DNA of 40,582 bases, from assembly GCA_003568945.1 (NCBI GenBank), contig BDIP01000002.1, positions 9,426 through 50,007 of the forward strand. The letters run 5' to 3'. Origin of the DNA: Kipferlia bialata. Its lineage: Eukaryota. The position numbers and the translations under genes were made by a program. The notes beneath the pieces were generated by a model. It was not told the origin of the DNA and did no database searches. It worked only from the letters and a program-made list of their open reading frames with translations. Shown in pieces: positions 1-12,384 of this stretch. Each line of letters opens with the position of its first letter. Position 1 is the first letter of the stretch.

Positions 1-178
1 TTAGTATGGTATGTATCCCCCCCCCCCCCCCCCCCCCCCCTTACCCATTTTCATATCTCTTCACTTTTGATAGTGTATGTTTACTCTTTGAACCCTACCA
101 CCACCCATGCACCGACCACTAACATGTTCCTCTTGTGATCAAGTTCTCCATATCCCATCGACAGTTCACAATACCGTC

Positions 179-219
<41 letters not shown>

Positions 220-327
220 ATTACATTAGTATAGGCAGACACTTTCAGATATGCTGTTGTTGTTGAGGATATAGGTCCACTCTATGATTCTGACCTCAGC
301 CACTCACTTCTCTGATTCCTATTTCAG

Positions 328-3300
328 ACACCTGCATACCCTTGCTTCGCGCATACAGGATGATGTTCAGGCAGATGCAGCACTTCAAGAGCTAGGTGAG
401 TCTGGTGTCTCTTCTTACACCATCCAGGCAATTAATGTAATTAATACATCAATGATACTCTGTTATTCCATACATGGTGATCACCGTATGACCATATTGG
501 CATTACTCTACCATTGAGGGATTTATATATACACATACATACATAAGTGTGTGCATTCATATATGCATGTATATAGAGAAGACATGAATGTTACTCCATA
601 TTTGTCTAGGTCTGTGTGGAAGCTTGAAGTCATTTTGCACTATACCTTGTATATGCCATTGTGAATTTACCATATGCTAGTGGCTGTATGGCCCACCAGA
701 GGCACCATATATAGATTCTTCTGTGAATGTATCTCATCTTAGGTGCGATTCTGGAGGATGACATGGAGGATCTGAGTGATACAGTATTCCCAGCCGACGT
801 ACCATGCCAGCTAGAGATTCTATATGCCCTGCGTCACTATCTCGGGAGGTATAACCCATATTCAGGCCGATATAGAGCTGTATACGTATGATTGTGTTAC
901 CGTTCACCCAATATGTGTATTAGTACCGAATTACCACTTTGTGTCTATTTATTGTGTGTGTATTCTCCACTGCTACCTTCTCTAATTACAGAGAGCACAG
1001 TTGTTCAATGGGTGATGGGCAGATAGAGAGCCTACAGGTACTAGAGAGATGTGCATACTTCTAGGATGATGGAGGGTGAACACATAGTCCAACTCGGCTG
1101 TATCATTTGGAGCATCGGTGTCTGGGGGTTACACACAATATTCATCATAGCTAGCTCTGATTATCAGGCATGTGTGGACTACCTGGGCCTCCATGGAGAT
1201 GAAGAGTGAGTTCCCATGCACATATCTACCACAAGTTCTTGTTTTCATATTAAGACGAGTGCACATGTTGATGTATTTGTACCAGATACGGGTGTATTGT
1301 GAGACCTCATCCCAGGGAGAATGGATGCTCCATTCTTATGAGGAACCTTACCTGTTTAGAGGTGGTCATGAAGGCGATAGAAGAGCTGAATCTTACAGGA
1401 CCTGGCATGAACGTGCAAAGCACAGGGAACGCCACTGCAATACAGCCAGGGGTTAGCGACAATTCCTATCAAATACATATATATAACGTTAATGTACGGA
1501 CATGGGTGTCTGGCTATGTATGAGTGTATTGTTAAGTATAATCATTTGGAGGATAGTGTAGGGGGATAGCATTATCAGGTGTGAGTGTCACCTTCTTTCA
1601 CATACATACACATATTGTTAACGGGTTGCACTAGTCCAAGCTAATGTAGATACACAGCGGACCCAGTCAGAAACAAGTAACACAATAGTTGTAATTGCGC
1701 TATACGTATCCCATCATTGCAGCATATGTTTACTATGTTATAGTGACTCACTGTGTCTTGGTGCTTGTTTCTTGGTTGCAACATTAACCATTTACTCCAG
1801 CCCATCCTCCGCTCGCTCACCGTGTGTGTACTCCTGCCTTCGGCATGGAGAGTCCTCACACATCCCATTTACAAGTATGTGCTAGACCCTGATAGGTATG
1901 TATAGGTGTACCAGCCGTTCATTTACCGTAGACTTAACTATTGTATTCTTCTTCGTTTCATATCGTGCATTCAATACATAGGAACTACGACATGACTGAA
2001 TATGGGTATCTCCTGGCGTGGCTCTTGGTGGGAGGTATCTATTACTCCGAGGATGCATCCACCTTCTTACCGGTGACACTGGCCGTACACCAGGTTTGTC
2101 ATCTTGTAGTAGATATATACGTCTTAGTTCCCGTTGCATCCCTATACCGAATACTATTGTATAGGTGTCAATGCACACTGTATCTATCTCAGTATCACTA
2201 GTATGGCATGCTACTGTATAATAGTAGAGTGGCCACGATCATTAATGAGCCACAAGTGACCAGTATGTAAACAGTGTTAGAAATACTTGATTATTATCAC
2301 TGTTTGATAAATCCAGAGAAAGCACTCAATCTTACCATCAGGGTCTCTTTGCGTCTGTCCTTGTTCCGTACTTCCCGTTTGGCTCCGAAAATACCGAGGT
2401 AGGCACTCAGCAGTCCCCGGATACCATATTTATTCATGTGACTAGACTATGACAGTAATATGCTGAGACTTAGGGACAACTTTTCATATTACCAAGTGTT
2501 TCTTGGCTTAATCTTCTTCTCCCCTGATTCCAACGACCTACATTCCAGCTCTTCTTTGATGCATGTGAGTGCCTCAGGTCCCGCTTACTAGTCGAAGATG
2601 GGTATCTCAGACCAGAGGCGAAACAGTGGTTCCCATGTATGAATGTATTTTAAATATTCACAATACCCTTACTGACAACCCTCAATATGGATAGCCAGAG
2701 TATTTTGGGAATACAAGATATATTATATCATACAATCAGTCTCTTGAGACCATTTAATTCAATGTTTACGCGCGTGTTGCTTCTTCGTCTATCTCTCCCT
2801 CGCGTTTGCAGTGTTGCAGTAGATCGATTGTCCGATAGTATTAGAACAATCACTCATATGATAACACATCTACATATATACATGTCTAGTATCATTTACT
2901 GACCAATGTCCATGTAACTATTTACCCACCCCAGACCTTTTTGGATCGGTGTCCATGGGCGTTCCCGAGTGTGTGGTGAATACCCTTTCTCTCTGTGCCA
3001 CAGAATGTGCCAGACAGTGCAGCAACATGACAGAGCAAGATGGCTGGTGTACCGACAGCATCCGTCGAGCCTCCTTAAAGGTATACCTATAGCAACATGT
3101 GATATTGCATTATTCACATAGCTATCTAGTTATAGAGTGATTCCGCCTATAGTAGAACGTAGATGTGGAATGTATTCATTTGTCCTTGGCAATTAGGGCT
3201 TCAAAATTGAAGAATAGTCGTTATTCTATAATACAATTATAGAATTGTCAGATCTTAGATGCATGACAAGGCACTCACACTCTCTATAGACATAATGGTT

Positions 3301-3456
3301 TCATTTGCATCCTAAGCACCCTTTCATTAACGTACACGAAGCCCCACACAAACCAGGAATCAGCGGTATAGATATAGAACTTGTATCTGTTACTATACCC
3401 TCATTGTATCTCTACAGCCAATGGCAATAGCCGATTCCCGCAAGAGGAGTGAATAG
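328..3456 (+). CDS. Multi-exon hypothetical protein (5' end not identified)
   Basis: Phase-consistent GT-AG exons at about 328-395, 743-848, 992-1037, 1169-1206, 1286-1451, 1801-1874, 1982-2093, 2342-2398, 2549-2636, 2935-3080 and 3418-3456 (PMAIADSRKRSE*). The frame stays open across all junctions. No family recognised. Confidence 0.6.
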
Positions 3457-3731
3457 TGGTATATGTATAAGTATAAGTATGATATACTAGCCTACATGGG
3501 TATTCCCATGACAGCCTTGCAACTTCACAGGTCAACCATAATGCCAATGTATGTTCATGAACAACTCCTGGTTCACTTACATACCCACTATATGATTATA
3601 TTTCACTTGCAACTGATACTATGAGAGTATCATATTACCTATACTCCTTCATTTGAGGACGAGCGTCTATGCACAAGACTCTATGTCCTCTCTCATCTCG
3701 TCCGTCTTATCCCAAGGCGCGACAGGGTGTT

Positions 3732-6333
3732 ATGACACCTATCCGGTCATTCCTTACCCTTCACGAGACAGGAGCATTCGAGTTAACCACACCGGTTTCG
3801 GTTCGTCCTACTCTGTTTTAGTTCATATAATCAGTTGTGTCATCATATATGACTCTAACTCACATTCACCTCGGCAATGTGTACCTTTCTGCAAAGTTTG
3901 TTACAAACGTTTGTTCTTTGTGTTTTACAGTCTATATGACAGTAGTGTACATATTGACCAAACTTAATATAGTCGCGGCTTTGTTGTTTTGTTGTGTGCA
4001 CTAATTGGCAGGTGCAACGCTTAGTGATTCCGTCAGTGTTCTCAAACGGCTGTAGGGCACTGCAAATAGGTACATTGACTCACCGTTGATTTAGAGTACA
4101 ACTCCAACGTCGGGTATATACTTGTGACTCACTTCTCTAGGACTTAACCGTGCCATCCTAGTGTCAAGGGCAGAAACCCGTAGGGAGTCTGGTTTTTCTG
4201 CAACAACAGTGCGCGTCTCGGAGCCTGAACCCCTCGCCTCTCTAAAGATCGGTCGGGTTATGGGCCCGGATGCCGAGTGGTTAACCACAACGTACTACGG
4301 ATCTAATCCAATCTGCATCAACGGTCAGGTAGTGTTTCTATCAACAACTCATCTGTGTTGATTCATATTCTAAATATATACATTGTCTTATATGTATACA
4401 TGCGTAGGTCCATAATGGTACTGACTTCATTTTTCTAGAGAGTATTGAGATACTTAAGTATCTTTACTGTAACCTTTCCTCTCACCCTAGGTCTATGTCT
4501 GGAACTCCTCCATCGGCATTAGCGTACTCAGCCTAGACACAGGTGTATGGGAGAATATGCAGGTATGAAAGTACATTCTTCATTAGTATTGAAATGGTCG
4601 AATATGTATTAAATGCAGGTAAGGTTTAGCAGTATGGTTGGTATGTAACATACATTGTATGTATAGTGGCATCATTGGACGGTCAGATATTTCTTCTTCT
4701 CTCCTTCGTTCGGTGAAATCGGTCTGTATCATTCCATCTTTCGTGTATTCGCTGCGTGTATCCAGTTTCTATTTCATCCAAGGTTTACTCACGTCTCAAC
4801 CGTGTGACGCTTGCAAGGCTCTCAGACAGTTTGGTATGTCAAAACACACTAGGCGTTTGCGTAATTGCTATATATACTTCCACATTTGTCCAGATCTTCC
4901 CGCTTGGAGTGCAGACTTCTCTTTCGTATATAGAGACTCAGGTACAGAGTAGTAATTCTGTATATTACAGAAACACTAATCACCTCTGTATTCATCTATA
5001 TATTACGGTCGCTGGTAGACTAACTCTAGCTCATAATTCTGCCAGCCCCAGAGAGGTTAGAACCAGACACAGACACGGATGGAGAAGGAAGTGAGACAGT
5101 TGATATGGAAGAGGAGAGCCCAGGGGAGGCTGACATGGGAGTGGTAGTCCCATGGATCTACGACACAGACACACAGGAGTTGAGGGTGAGGAAAGGTTGC
5201 TTCTTTCAGACACTTTCAGAATATTGCTTGTACATTTGTGCTAATGTCCTTAAGAATATGGTAGATTTATGTATTTATACCACACATGACCCACACCAAC
5301 ATACCTTGGTGCTCACATTGGTATACCCCTACACACTACTCCATATTTGCCAAGTAATTCTCCACCGAATCCCACACACCAGAAAGGCACTGAGTCCCCT
5401 GCCGTATTCCACATGAATGCCGATTGGGATATTCAGTGTGAGACCATTGGGAGGTAAGCACGGCTATTAGACTGCCGTGTTAACTGAATACTCATGTTAT
5501 ATTATGTGTTCACTCTACGTACTGACCACAGCGTCATGCTCCTATCTGCGTCTGACAGGGACCACCCAAGCAAGATCTGTCTCTCATATGCTATCTCTGC
5601 CCTGCACCAAGAAGGACAGTGGACACAGGTCTCTGGCAGAGACTCTGCAACGATCAAGGGCATCCATATGCGGGTATGTATTTTCGGGTTTGATTACGTG
5701 TTAGTTGTTTCACATCATGCAGCATTACGTCTCTTACTCATATGCCTTAACATTCAGGGCATAGGCGGCGGCTTGTTACTCAGTTTTGATCGTCATGGCC
5801 ATGTCTTCGGATACGACACAGTGAGGTACTTGTCATGGGTCATTCTTATGAGTATGAGGATATCCGCATTGTCTTGTATGTAATTTCATTTTCTCATTCT
5901 TCCTTAGATACCCCGAGGATCCATTTGAAAACCTATATTGTGCTCTTATCTTCAGCAACCTAGCCTCCAGTGTGCTCTTTACTCTGCCTGAGATAGATGG
6001 ACTTATGGAGCGGTACACGTCCTGCAGACTCTCTGAAGGTACCATGAGATAAGTATATCTATGATAGATATTATTGATCATAATCGATACACTGTATGGG
6101 ATTATGCATTGTTGTGTCTCTTGAGCGACACAACGCATGTACTTTCATTCTGATACGAATATTCATACGTTCTCTCCACTAATGCGTCAGACTCCATGTT
6201 GCTCATTGGACAGAAGGACACCCGTATACCCTACATCCACAAGGGCTATGTGTTGTATATCGACAGCGATTGCCTCAGAGACAGATGTGAGTCAGACAGC
6301 AGGAAGAGAGGGGTACAAAGAGTACTACGTTGA
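3732..6333 (+). CDS. Divergent kelch-like beta-propeller protein, about 12 exons
   Basis: ATG at 3732 (MTPIRSFLTL...). Spliced peptides include SNPICINGQ|VYVWNSSIGISVLSLDTGVWENMQ, PWIYDTDTQELR, GQWTQVS and GHVFGYDTV, which resemble kelch 'YD.dt..W' blades. TGA at 6331-6333. All junction phases are consistent; the family call is inference. Confidence 0.6.
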
Positions 6334-6552
6334 GTCACTGTAAGATAATGAGAGGCATGGAGATCATGTTGCATACATCGGTAGCAGATCCCATAGATTG
6401 ATTTCACAATTTAGTGACCTAGTGCGTCGCGATTGGAGGAGCATGTACCAATACTATAGCTTAGTTCTCCACACCCATTCCAGTTCTTGTTTGTATTCAC
6501 TGGACGCGATTTTCAAGAATAGTGTCTCTAGATTTATGTATAAGTAGTATTC

Positions 6553-9500
6553 CTAGTCTGTTCTCGTTTGTTGTGAATGGCATGTTATCTACTTTATGTT
6601 AGATCTGTCAGTATATCTCGAATGCATGCATTGTGTTATGTAACTCTACTCTAGTCTGTTCAGTTCTCGGTGGGTGTCAAGTCATCGGTAGCTATACATG
6701 TGCTTAGTCTGTCCTGTTCTCGTTTGTTGTGAAGGGCATGTTGACAGACCACCCCGGCATCAGGTTGGTGGGGCGCATCTCTCTGGAGAGTAAGAAAATA
6801 GTACCAAACACAATTGTATTGAAAGAGAGAGGTGTCAGACTGTACCTCACAAAGTCCTCTCTCCAGCCTAGGATGAAAGCCTCAATCAATGAGTCACACC
6901 GACGGGCCTAGGGGTAAGAGTAACTTGATGTGGAGATACATGATGTATACCCCTATCTCTGCTACCACACCTCTTCCGGTGTTTCGGTCACCTATCAGAG
7001 TGGGAACTGTTCCAGTTGTACTTTAACTACAATATATATATTAATATATAATATATATTATATTACTATAATCACTGTCTTTATCCTCTATCATATACCT
7101 CCACCGGTGTCACTGTCTCCCTTGGCAGTGGGGGTTGTGACAGTTGCACTATCACTGAATACATATATATGCAACATATATACTCTCTCATATACCTTTT
7201 CTGGTGTCAGTTTCCCCTGTCAGAGTGGGGGTGGTGACAGGTGAGCTATCACTATATACTATACATACACTATATATGTATATAGATAGTCCTACCTCTT
7301 CTGGTGTCACTGTCTCCCCTGTCAGAGTGGGGGTGGTACCTACTGTGCCCTCCTCTGACCCAGCCCAGATCTGGAATTCAGATTTTACTCAATACTCTTA
7401 ACACACGTAAAACTGTACAGTATTATCAAAATTCATATTATTTCTCCTAAATACCTCCACCATGTCCATGTATGTAGGATATGTCTCAAGGGTGTCAATA
7501 CATATATACACATTGTCATATACGCAATATACATCCATATAGTATATATATGCTGTATACACACAAATATCCACTGGTTACCTCCACCATTCCCATGCAT
7601 ATTGGACATGTCCCAAGGGTGTCAATAGGGGGGTGACCGAGGCCCTAGGGTCAGCAAGAGAGAGAGAGAGAGAGTGGTATTGAGAGAGAGAGAGAGAGAG
7701 AACGACAAGATATACATATATGAAGAGTATCTATAAATATACATACATACCTCGTGAATGAGGCACTGCATGTAGAGAGATCCGCGGGATAGCATGGGGT
7801 CGTTCGGCGTACGGGCCGGAAGGTAGTTGAGGATATGCAGCAGGGGATCTGATAGGATGGGTAGGGGAAGGGGGTCACATGCACTAGAGCCACATGGGGT
7901 GATGTCACTATCACCTACATCATCCCCTACATCTCTTATTCCCTCTTCTTGCTTCTCTCTCTCTCTCTCTTTCTCTGCCTCCTCTCTCTCTGCCTCCTCT
8001 CTCTCCTTCTTCTCTCTCTCCTGCACCCTCATGTATTCCCCATACATGCTCTGCACATCCGCTAGATTAGCAAGTAAGGCGTCAAGGTCCCCGAACTTGT
8101 CAAGGTGTGGATCATCCCATCCTGGGATGAGATACTATATTCACTTGACTCTGGGTATTCAGTACTCGTGTATACTGCAAGGAAGGTGACTGATGTTTAT
8201 ACCAACTGGCCACCTGATACTCACTCACGACTTTGCCTTGACAACACTTCTACTCAAAAATGTGTAGATAGTATGACACCCTATCTATACCAGGCATGTT
8301 ACCTGACACCCCCTCTTGGCACCCCCTTGCCTCGAGTATCCTGGTCTGGACATAGGCACAGAAGGGACTGCAGAGGTATCTGGAGTGAAATAGGTGTATA
8401 TATGCAGATACAGTGATAAATATACACGTAAATAGCCTGGACATAGTCACAGTAGGGACTGCAGAGGTATCTGAGGGTAGAAACATATATATGTATACAC
8501 TGAGAGAGAGTAAGAGGGGAATATATCCACCCAGGAATGAAAACTTACAAGTATTCGCCACAGAGACAGTAACATCAGCCCATGCCCTTACCTACACACG
8601 AGATGGTACATCTCCTCTATCCTGGCATCAGGAATCTGACTCTTGCATAGACCCTGTCTGCCCATCCTCTGCCTCAATATGGCACTGGAGTGACAGCCGG
8701 CCTGCATATAAGTACATATTAGCATACTAGTAGTATACACTATACTATACTTTTGAATACTATGATATATATATGCCCATCCTCCGCCTCGGGATCTGGA
8801 GTGACATCCTGCCTTAGAGTAAGAGACGTGTATATAATGATGATTCACCTTCATAATGTGTTCAATATATACTCTCACTCTTTGTCCTATAAGCATATTC
8901 GCACTGTGACCCACCTTCATATTGGGCGGGATGGCCTTAACAACAGCATCTCTCTGTCTTCTATATAATTGTGAACAATACAATCATTCTGTGTATTCTT
9001 ATATACAGAGTAACTGTGACCCACCTTCATATTGGGCGGGATGGCCTCTCCGATACCAAGGCCTGGGGTGAGAAACAATGACACCAATGCTACAAGGGAC
9101 TAATGGCCACATACCTTGAGGTGGGATGCTGTACTTTGCATCCACCACCCCTCTGTACCGCCCTGCCACATCCTCAGCCGAGTGGTGGCAGTGGTCACAC
9201 ACAGCTACTACCTATGATTAAAACTCTATAATGGATATAATATATATGGTATGATATAAACATGAGGGGAGAGATACACTGCCACATCCTCAGCAGAGTG
9301 GTGGCAGTGGTCACACACAGCTACGACCTAGTGTTAGACACTTAGAGAGCGGGGGAGAGAGAGATAGAGAGAAAGATATACATCCTCAGCAGAGTGGTGG
9401 CAGTGGTCATTGGTATTGATGATATATGTATCCACTTTGACGTACATCTGCTGAGTTATGGCTCTTGTAGCACGGGGGCATGTAGCGCCGGTACTCACTT

Positions 9501-10712
9501 GGGTAAGTCTGAAGTATATATAGATACCACACTTAATACATATATATATCTATATATTCATATATGATTTGTGTTTAGGGACTGATTAATACAGTATACA
9601 CTAACATACCGGGGCACGATGTGGTGCAGCGTCAGGAAGGTGAATACATATGATTAGCACATGTAGCAATATATAACAGAATGACTAGAACTAGCTAGAC
9701 CAGACATACCGAGGCACTATGTGGTGCAGTCTCAGGTAAGTATGATTGGCATATATAGCAGTGTGCAAGTGAATGTCCAGAACTAGATAAATACTAAACA
9801 TACCGGGGCACTATGTGGTGCAGTGTCAGGCCATGCTCCCTGTCTGCTCCGCACACCACACACTCCTCCTGGGGTGGGATACATATACGTATAAATGTAT
9901 ATATTAATATATTGATAGAGAGAGAGAGGGAGAGAGAGAGAATGTTCCCTGTCTGCCCCACATCAACACATTCCTCCTGGGGCAGCTATAGACAAACAAA
10001 TATACACAACATATATTAAGGGAGCGATACATGCTGACAGACATACGCATCATCAGTATGGTGGCATCCTGCCTCTCTGTCCTTTGTGAAGTATGTCTCG
10101 TCACTCTATATTCCGAGTATGAGCATACACAATACCAATATATCAACCCATACGAAGGCGCACACACACACTTATATATATATAAATACAATTGTCATCA
10201 TTTATACCTCCCTGTCCTTTGTGAAGTATGTCTCGTCTGTCCTCCCGTGGTGACCCATGCCTGGTATGAGAGGTGGAAATATGGGTAAATATACACATTA
10301 TAGTACATTGAACATGAGTACATGGTATTGCACTGTATGTATATCCGGTCACGGTGACCCATGCCTGACAGTGAGAGGTGGACAGAAGCTACAATATCTA
10401 TAATTATACAGAATGAGATTCCATACCAACAACTCTCATTTTTGAGTTCCAAGAGCTGATTGTGAATTCTTAAGCCTACCTCTTGGCCTGAACAATAGGT
10501 CTATCCTCTTCCTGTCTGTGTCACCCTCCTGATAGGTGGCCAGGCCCTTGTTGACATACCAGTCGGCACGGCGCCTGAAGGTAAGAATACACATTAATAC
10601 TAATGTATAAATATATAATAATATATATATACTGGTAAGCAATAGTGGCTTGGCCCTTGTTGACATACCAGTCGGCACGGCGCCTGTAAATAAGAACCAC
10701 ACACACATATAC

Positions 10713-10750
<38 letters not shown>

Positions 10751-10970
10751 GCTGATCATATTGCTGACATATCAATGCAGAGGGTGGGGGAGAGGGGGAA
10801 TACTTATAGCAGGTACAATAAATGTATCATACCTGCTGAGTGTACACAGAACCTTTCCCTCGTATGCCATCTGGATATTCTCATAGATAAGGACCTGGGG
10901 TCAAGAGAGAGAGAGAGAGAGAGAGACAGCGAGTAGTGGGTTGTTCTCATAGATGAGGACTGGGGTCAGA
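6553..10970 (-). repeat. Intronic and 3'-flanking echo copies of exon ends throughout the EXD2-like gene
   Basis: Copies at about 6553-6590, 6968-7010, 7095-7142, 7193-7238, 7452-7500, 8436-8475, 8772-8815, 8903-8937, 9280-9332, 9380-9410, 9605-9637, 9705-9736, 9942-9982, 10070-10103, 10352-10370, 10650-10688 and 10940-10970, each next to its source exon. Confidence 0.9.
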
Positions 10971-11188
10971 CAGGGAGGGGGAGAGAGAGGAAGAGAGAAA
11001 GACAGCGAGGGACATGGATCAATATATAGAGCGATTTGGATATGGGGAAAGTAGAGGGGGAGAACAAATGGTAAATGAGAGATAGAGAGAGAGGTACAGA
11101 GGGAGATGCGTAGGGTGAGAGACTGAGTGGCTGGTGAGAGTAGCAGGAACAGACGGAGGTCAGGTGGATAAGGAATTGTACTCAACAT

Positions 11189-11228
<40 letters not shown>

Positions 11229-11509
11229 TAACTAGTACCTTGTGGCAGTATCTGTGGTTGGACTGTGGTGCTGCATCGGAGGATGGGACTTCATGCTCAG
11301 TCTGACAGTGAGAGACAGACAATGATGATAGAGGAGAAGACATGGAAGAAACAGTTAGGGGGGGGGGGGGCGGTTAAGAAGTACATAATGCAACGACATG
11401 ACAGTATGTGTGTGGCTACCCTCACCTCCGCTGTCTCCACCCCTGTTCCCTCTGGTGCTGTTGCAGTGTCAGGAAGATCCATACCACTACCCTCCTGGGC
11501 CTTTGTCAT
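6704..11509 (-). CDS. EXD2-like HNH/zinc-binding domain protein lacking the 3'-5' exonuclease domain (16 exons, 481 aa)
   Basis: Exons 11509-11426, 11301-11239, 10894-10833, 10574-10480, 10260-10208, 9868-9804, 9497-9446, 9211-9115, 9062-9025, 8701-8592, 8379-8303, 8121-7751, 7644-7582, 7370-7296, 6907-6846 and 6782-6704 join in frame. Motifs YENIQM..GKVLCTLSRRRADWYVNKGLA, CVVCG..LHHIVPREYRRYMP..KSHNSADVVAVCDHCH and WREDFVREMRPTNLMPGWSV parallel the C-terminal half of EXD2 as I recall it (YDNC..WYLDKG; CVVCG..PHEYRKHFP..HNSHDV..CxxCH; WRQHF..MQPKHLP..WSV). Confidence 0.85.
11190..11226. repeat. (GA)n microsatellite, representative of many intronic (GA/CT)n and (TA)n tracts
   Basis: Directly visible. 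Others occur at 182-210, 10715-10750, 12352-12378, 12770-12793, 35625-35650 and 36788-36818. Confidence 0.95.
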
Positions 11510-11739
11510 ATAGCTACAACGTGGCAGGAAATAATAATTCCCGCACCAAGTATGTGGAAAGAGGTCTCTGCGTTTCTGATTCCGGTGTGGCCCAAATCGT
11601 TTGAAACGTGCTACTCAGACTGAGTGCTTTGCGGCCATCTCTCTTCTCACCCTCAAATGCCCTCATGCCAGTACCCAGCAGTCGCAGCTCGCACAGCAAT
11701 TTGCGCCCCCTAGCCTCTCATCTTCGATACCACCGCTAT
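11510..11739. promoter_or_regulatory. Putative bidirectional promoter region (230 bp)
   Basis: Lies between divergent start codons at 11509 (-) and 11740 (+) and lacks the microsatellites seen in introns. Position-based inference only. Confidence 0.45.
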
Positions 11740-12348
11740 ATGCGCATATCTCTTGTGCTGTGGTGTCTCATTCTGCTTCTGCTGGCCCTTCTGACTGCCG
11801 CACAGTCCCCTGGGCCACCAGATGCCTCTAAGACGCCTCTTTGGAGCCAGAAAGGGCGCCAACCAGCCCTCCGTGGCATTGTACGGGCACCAGAGGATAT
11901 GGCGATGCATCCTGCTGCCCATAGCCCTCCACCCTCCTCTCTTCCCACCCCTAAAGATGTGGATACTGATGTGAGTTCTGATGGTGTGCTGTTCCCTTCT
12001 GTGCAGGTCAAGGGTACTACGCTGGATATCATACCCAGCTGGCCTGTGACGGTGTACCCCTTACACGTCGAGGACAGTCAGGTATCAGTATATATATCAA
12101 TACATATCGATTGTCTTATCATCTCCTCTGAGTCCCAGGTTGGATATTCTCTTTCTCTTTCTCTGTCTCTCCCCTCCCACACACACACCGTATACTGATA
12201 ACCAGGTTGTGTTGAGGTTCTCTCTCCCACACACACACTTTATGTTTGTATATATGTGTCTATCTGATACCCATCTGGGAGCACTACCCCCCCTCCTCTC
12301 TTTGCTCAGTTTTGACACCAATGCATCTGATGGTATCTGGGAGCAATA

Positions 12349-12384
<36 letters not shown>

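Noticed and set aside
7760..7880. F-box motif (LPILSDPLLHILNYLP) in the EXD2-like protein
   Set aside because: Only the first half resembles an F-box, the 'l..VCK.W' half is missing, and it lies in a variable insertion.
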